DNA from: an uncultured Elusimicrobiaceae bacterium
GTDB taxonomy: Bacteria > Elusimicrobiota > Elusimicrobia > Elusimicrobiales > UBA9959
DNA length: 60,727 nt
Direction: 5' to 3'
Assembly (NCBI GenBank): GCA_964631475.1
Contig: CAZVWK010000003.1
Span: 1-60,727, forward strand
Shown: positions 60,201 to 60,727 of the stretch, piece by piece
Numbering within the stretch: position 1 is the stretch's first letter
How the letters are laid out: each line of letters begins with the position of its first letter
Notes under the pieces: model-generated
The model's input: the letters and a program-made list of their open reading frames with translations, nothing else
The model's database searches: none
Told to the model about the DNA's origin: nothing
Position numbers and translations under genes: made by a program

Positions 60201-60727
60201 TCATCTCCACCAACAACCAGGTTTATAACTTCTCCATATCCGGCCAGGACCTGGCCGGGAACGCCGAAGCCTACGCCGCGATTTCCGTCACCTCCGACTT
60301 TAACTATCCGGCCATAACCATCTCCACGCCGATGGCCGGAGCGAACGCCTTCTACGGCGCGGCGAGAACGATGCCCGACATGCGCGGCCTCGCGGGCGAC
60401 TCACCGGCCGGCATAGTCCTGCCGGTACTGGCGCAGATGTCGAACATATCCGAGAGCGGCGCCGTCAAGCCCAAGTGGGACGGGGCTCAGTGGAGCGTGG
60501 CGGGGTCCACCTGGATGGCCGTCGCCGCCGCGCTGCCGAACTGGACCTTCTCCTCTCCCTCGTGGCCGGTGAACAAGCGCTTCCGCGTCGAGATGACAGG
60601 AGTCGACGCCGCGGGCAACTCCGTGCCGCCGGGGACCTATACCCGCGACTTCATCTACGACGTCAACAGGCCGTCCACGTCTATAAACGGGCTCGCCGCC
60701 GCCGGTTTCCGGAATCCCTCCCAGATA
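45209..60727 (+). CDS. Giant secreted multi-Ig-like-domain surface protein (partial; open to the window end)
   Basis: ATG at 45209, 8 nt after the HEAT gene. Signal peptide MTPASRKKRAALAAALRGCLATGLFLLPEPAAAQA. I read the frame (positions congruent to 2 mod 3) codon by codon to 60727 and saw no stop, which gives 5173 codons. It has genome-typical codon usage and a recurring module F-x-YD-x-x-P-x-S-x-I-x-x-P...I-x-GTA-x-D...YW...W...Y...A-x-D-x-AGN. It is not in the ORF track. Confidence 0.9.
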   Translation, partial: MTPASRKKRAALAAALRGCLATGLFLLPEPAAAQAIPWGNTHTGKNVRIHVSMNGVGDGSAISFTAPKDGKIAEIQIVGSRDVDGSFILGLSETLTSDFNVWLDSASYTLNTAGDGVFWAGSNMPDLPDVVGGRLYYIIAMRNTGADTENGVVCFEDNPTIAFDNSGNPVEDVNLGAFANENGLAWGGITGAPIFLVRYTDGTWYGQPYVRAPNNASTTGYDTVLAGAPILSVPVYSNTNLVAQRFTPGASDIGVTGFGLYMQRVGSPAGDLFARLHNVTDNMVVVDTVSVTNAASVPLSPAAGWLDVVFPGVRLQAGKNYRLSFFSPAANASNYYRPIVHDVRNSGAPYENVSFGGTGAWYETSANNGASWNLPAIGGDVAFRLLRDVNPPTVTLLQPQHNTWRKTLPQITGTAVDDYYIPAGGVKLFLIDDIAGKRWNGTDWNTDYFTGDENTPALWVSAGAQSAAPGAIVNWTYDISWQHDRRYTIYARAMDRAGNYSAGWSTTTFHYDNYQPAPERPDSLVTTPSPGSYVSQMTALVGTSYDNLRGGINLVKWLLWRQSDGNYWNTSVWTPGPLPAADAWYNSNIFPAGGVSVTWQPDPATLPLAADMLAGDIYHISARAQDRVVDAAGAPAPNLEVDRSTITFYWDDIPPTSSITLPLDGGVVGQTPVFYGTYYDQHAGIGPSIGGTVKIKLYDKTMNLWYYTGDWRSAAPTNDQLPSAQVWASSWTFATPPLTGGHQYLVVSVAQDRATPGNYQTSFAEGTSSNTFVCDNENPSAGITTPSHNHHNIMAQLAGTASDSPQASQINRVEFELVYPAGSPAWAWDGAAGIWRASSGNFSTYNVVMGGYPAWTYDVPGGINWQQDTLYRLRVRSVDNIGNKSQNFVDGLTERTFYYDVSNPTSTVTTAVQAGQPVPLLAGTSNYLRDISLVYGTAADWPAVGSELSAVSVFIRKMDDPAVNYYWYEPGKCWRTGGTVYANNYETRVGGWQYDTFAQGVSWSTGTRCDNGAAAWNNGGTFEIRTEARDSAYPGNNPLPYGNREKGGTYDSLGRAVVVYDPKRPFSRLSNIPGTNYTNSLPTLYGTASDNDAGVVTYSPGISSVKVHIYKQGPPPVQTYNGTAWVDGEQMDDAYWLNATYTPYFAGASSGTWSYTVGNDKWQHGTTYRIVPKTYDLAGNYDAVLATRTFVYDVYQAPPSEAPRSEISYPVDDFHTNNWSDLVTVTGTAHDNPPIGKVHKLKLILKRIQGNTTSYWNGVTWADGDVPSDTTAWPEGDPADGAYNTSEEAFICGAGATACVVPDGATVWTPDLKYYLYAETQDQAGNYERERTTHTFVYEVQAPTVTITYPQTDLYVSQTGRVAGTAADNWPGRVNHVEVRIRRDDGYYWRASDDTWTQDGAPEVWNNIVSQGTLSPSGTWWQLNDTPWETNRTYGVNARVRDKAGNWGLVYSTASNVAADFTTPTSTVTYPAHGANLQEEVTIISGSASDAAPGQVDKVLVSFYCNNDICQGNYWNPVASAWNSASEIFSEATLLTGNRWQIAAPIWANSTGEVEYQVFAKAVDKAGGEVPKPGATGDGPWITFYLTTPGPSSGITTPNDETPHWNPSVAPALAGTANFANSVALRLVDHGSDNLLGTGDDLAWDGDSWEPAGAYTGYFPVTVFNAPNWQWSMAAGNWNPDRKYRVRSKATGATEEVPGLGVDFVLDADDPSAAITLPTADYVRSVPLLAGNASDAAPGVVQEVYFRVRRQESSQFWNWNAATFTALSGADTNLTAYLDAGVYKYDMPSEAFETDKGYIAQLVVKDKAGNLTQATDRPFAIDKSSPVARLLLPYDANDKGVRSIPAISGTAADTQKNSSVQIAIQKWVGATLVWYDGSGFTSLQEEPYWIPVTPLNGFLSPDATSWAYAPAGLNDNFEGGYRYLILTRAVDTAGNTQESFSVGVSSRVVKVDKAPPSSLFIAPLDNGDGVSGRYKPSAIGQFPANHLRGTASDNPSNLAAGLQTAQIRLSYLLAGDTYYWTGASFSSGAVAEAAAWRNASITGSAPIWNWDYTTSVVWPAGDREYLAEARGMDDSRLSDDGGDGNWEQAPYVSRGFIVDNTPPEVLITSPVAAAVRTMSIIRGTAEAGLAGHKWTELKLSTSGVDGTRYWTGSDWTPAETWITTVKEGPTSWYYTVPPALLSDGRDYTAVARALDFADNYSSVYSTYVFTYDTVPPYVAVSFPLNDAPYSQIRLSTPVAGSSHQNDQASARAKVSTVAVQIADLDAPGGPFCFDGALFGACPSWHPAQGTVDSWTWNSAALAFVNDRRYQFTAKAVDFAGNESAAAQVFIRYDVERPTSTITQPLAGYTTGFTQIRGTASDERDGPRSYEARLSSYTVKVALKRLTAPAGWWNPATDDFSDANPLWFEAYTSTSATPNQFTYNLTGPMLSYLANPSNQNVTYRIVPWAFDRALNREYGPSAAEPQDGDIPADVGITVIYDNEKPVTSITLPNAAAHNTLPNITGTADDNIRVNSVRFTVYNQSQSKYYDPSQNPPWVIDVENNAPWVLAQSTIYQTSAAWTYNIQNSSWTSGVRYRVRARATDLAGNLDVVYSTSTFQFDNNAPVSSVTYPANGQHLSAAALPVTITGTSFDFPVGDQSGVSQIGMYLQRASDLAYWSGSGWEPLEQVLLANPVGDYSSWNRGVEGGMFTGNDGERFHIHLNARDAATNQEGYSVKSTFVYDIGRPTGTISYPFDNGYISQTGRITGGSYDKPNGAVSDVRVRIRQTAGPNAGRYWRVSDGSWTIDGAPEVWNSAAQYGTLSPAGTWWQLNTAPWQSGETYEVDAYALDMAGNYQLPFSTATNVKADFTAPSSTVTYPAHASVVESELTVISGSASDPAPGVLDKVRVSYYKVDTARWWDFGAQAWSATSEQFTEAALLAGNRWEATGVSTPTWIATLAGLDYRIFARAVDQAGNEVAKPGAPAADSSFIQFTLRPPPPESTITTPDDTVPHLRTSPAPTIIGTAIYSTTVQLRIVDYGADLAEGLGNDDLAWNGSAWVSTTAFAGYIGVNSFASPNWQWTMAGGNWNNNRRYRVRSMSAHEVDGTSEAPAPGREFIIDDTPPSAAVTAPDRAYLPRLQELRGSVSDVSPGLLQSGYFRVTRQGAAQFWDWRLSTFTAAGADINLPASILAGIASYTTDYFQTGQAWEADRTYEVQLFASDRAGNLGSSPVATFTVDRSSPAARILVPRDANGKGIRSIASISGTAADNWGNANIEVAVQQWGSPRLWFNGTDFLEPGETPYFIPLDANGTLSQYATSWAYAPAVLDTRFTAGTTGLRYLVLARATDIAGNIQDQYAVGFSSVIISIDKRPPSSLIAFPADHQDGVSGRYKPSNAGKAGTGTRFLGSASDNFYSERNAGVSAARIRLSHLLAGDTWYWLGASFSSGTLAEAGAWQPVSVSANPPDWDWVYLPDVEWPAGDREYRLESMAMDDSRLSDDGGDGNWESAWTRGANLRQFIIDDTPPAVLITSPTFDASGALAEIRGTADADIAGFKRTEIKISTSGVDGARYWTGAGWSPSETWINSDKQGPASWYYTVPGAMLSDDTVYTAVTRAVDYADNFSSVYSTKTFTYDVTPPLVSMSHPENAATYSRISLSTPIAGATANTQSSPFTGASAVAVAISEIDGAGGYSACFDGNAFAGCPSPVWLPAQGTPASWTFNDADLSFLSDRRYKYEARATDIAGNQSAPAYVITKFDLDIPTSTVVSPSAEYVRTLTLISGTASDERYGARTYEAGLGTYTVKVAVRLVGGDWWNGVDAFNSANPLWYEASVDTAPYGAGQPVLNWTYAVPASMQGVISGLGRKDYLAVPWAYDLALNREFGPGGAEPSNADIPAGVGRVIRYDNIIPVAESTAPADGGYYNSVAALYGVAYDTGSVTGVQVLFKARGSFNATWRGTYNNDTSDWDDTASKYTRWSTATFNNGAWTIALPSLMPVNNNRFSVWARAIDAAGNWQLSPSPAQIDANLKADGSPAHVFTFDRTIPVTGVTAPSSYALAVSTGLITGTSFDAGTEPSGVSEVRLRFRRSDNSWWSFIDNNWTSATQSDTFGVDGSDPWSKPINQASQEDGYRYDIYHFAKDRAGNNESGASFSTFTFITDYTAPSSSITFPANNSFIGAVTSLSGTADDSAENLRGWSGARGFESGVSAGGVAVALQRLTDNYWWNGTNNFVSGAMQWHAAAFDGASSGTWTYALPAGAIADGTTYYAMSRVTDIAGNIKTQWTTNYFTGDTTPPDSRATGPMGTQSVVNTISGTAQDTPPGELRPTGTIMVALRQISPVVNCFNGSGFVACPAGVYPDDRVWIATGTTGNPAGQPAAWTWDTSLINWANNADYDVQALAVDRAGNTRPQPGASSPDLTFRFVSPAADTVITQPATEFGNYRAGDVLSMLGTGVNLRASNSVEIRVKRLKEPASWWFEPSVHWVNSDTFTYVGHTAGSWSMGLSGSSAFNVDNASYTLSAVGYNAANEAEVPPTNRTIIIDNTVPLAVIQSPSYQYIRTMPAISGTAADPGRGELPSDYREGMSHVRVIIKDLFAGTYWSGSSFGSFGPQSELPVNGVLNWSTSTHVTPALLDGRNYRVFAKAYDKAGNRDDNEGSMPGFGVVFDTAPPNSFVAYPAHMQVLRSLSPLAGTAEDPAGANPPNLKSDLGRVAVQLYDEAGVKWWHHGAGAFSVLSSSFNITSGTDTWSYTHPNLEASLESGKYYILSSSAVDRAGNPQAAVVNEVSSLTFVWDRTAPEAFFAVPVEGGRYRPSVLTGVNALNGTASDAPLPGITDQLNKAQINLSYLHSGDTYYWTGAAFSSWTVTFDGAWQDVVGAASWNYPFDGAKWVSDREYTLLVRAFDKAEPMGANGGNESAWAQVKFVVDGTPPVSRVSTPTAGSYIQASLSEISGTSFGGLSGLQSGASGLRLRAYYTQGVNTWYWRGTAALGWSLNSPVDLPVDFTASASTVTWSYPPVGWEPPVISTNNQVYNFSISGQDLAGNAEAYAAISVTSDFNYPAITISTPMAGANAFYGAARTMPDMRGLAGDSPAGIVLPVLAQMSNISESGAVKPKWDGAQWSVAGSTWMAVAAALPNWTFSSPSWPVNKRFRVEMTGVDAAGNSVPPGTYTRDFIYDVNRPSTSINGLAAAGFRNPSQI
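49214..57598 (+). repeat. Tandem duplication of an 11-module super-repeat inside the giant gene
   Basis: Copy A is 49214-53362 (1383 codons) and copy B is 53363-57598 (1412 codons). They are colinear module by module (for example GAPEVWN...GTLSP(S/A)GTWWQLN; CFDG-x-x-F-x-x-CPS; MDDSRLSDDGGDGNWE). A 48-nt identical run occurs at 51422-51469 and 55616-55663. Confidence 0.8.

Overview
GC-rich, densely coding chromosomal segment from a diderm bacterium (it encodes an RND/TolC pump, a secretin and outer-membrane barrels). All coordinates and hairpins were hand-counted from the sequence; no searches were run.

Layout:
- (1) 509-6496, minus strand: an efflux operon of TetR-TolC (one continuous ORF), membrane fusion protein and RND pump, with its own operator/promoter and terminator.
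- (2) 6.9-12.2 kb: a housekeeping envelope block with a secreted hypothetical, FtsX, an EnvC-like M23 protein, the S41 protease CtpA and TsaD.
- (3) 12.2-22.5 kb: a tightly coupled module. It holds a leaderless SBP-fold protein, a GAF-GGDEF cyclase, a PorV-like barrel with a coiled-coil tail, a coiled-coil/TM/propeller protein, a split FlgD-Ig-repeat cargo protein with a T9SS-like C-terminal domain, and a second PorV-like barrel.
- (4) 22.5-41.5 kb: a Tad/Flp pilus locus in two parts. Part one carries two flp genes, tadE, cpaB, a minimal secretin, a fused TadZ-TadA ATPase, an extended TadB, TadC and a TPR protein. Part two carries flp, a tadG-like gene and a tadE-like gene. An 8-kb signalling island separates them (HAMP protein, pseudo-receiver OmpR-type regulator, CheY, tandem DsbA-like protein, Cache-HAMP kinase, REC-kinase hybrid, NarL-type regulator).
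- (5) 41.7-44.1 kb: a Gly/Ala-rich protein with a C-terminal Cys cluster, and an S41-like protein lacking both catalytic residues.
- (6) 44.1-44.35 kb: a promoter followed by a leader that matches the conserved blocks of the GEMM-I (c-di-GMP-I) riboswitch, followed by two terminator hairpins.
- (7) 44.5-60.7 kb: a secreted HEAT-repeat protein, then a giant ORF (start 45209) that stays open to the window edge, at least 5173 codons. It is missing from the supplied ORF track, presumably because it has no stop in the window. It is built of Ig-like modules and includes a tandemly duplicated 11-module super-repeat.

Main hypothesis: a c-di-GMP-wired surface-attachment island made of the cyclase, the non-canonical Tad pilus, and a riboswitch-gated giant adhesin.

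I saw no rRNA, tRNA, CRISPR array or transposase. The many long ORFs antisense to, or out of frame with, these genes are high-GC shadow ORFs.
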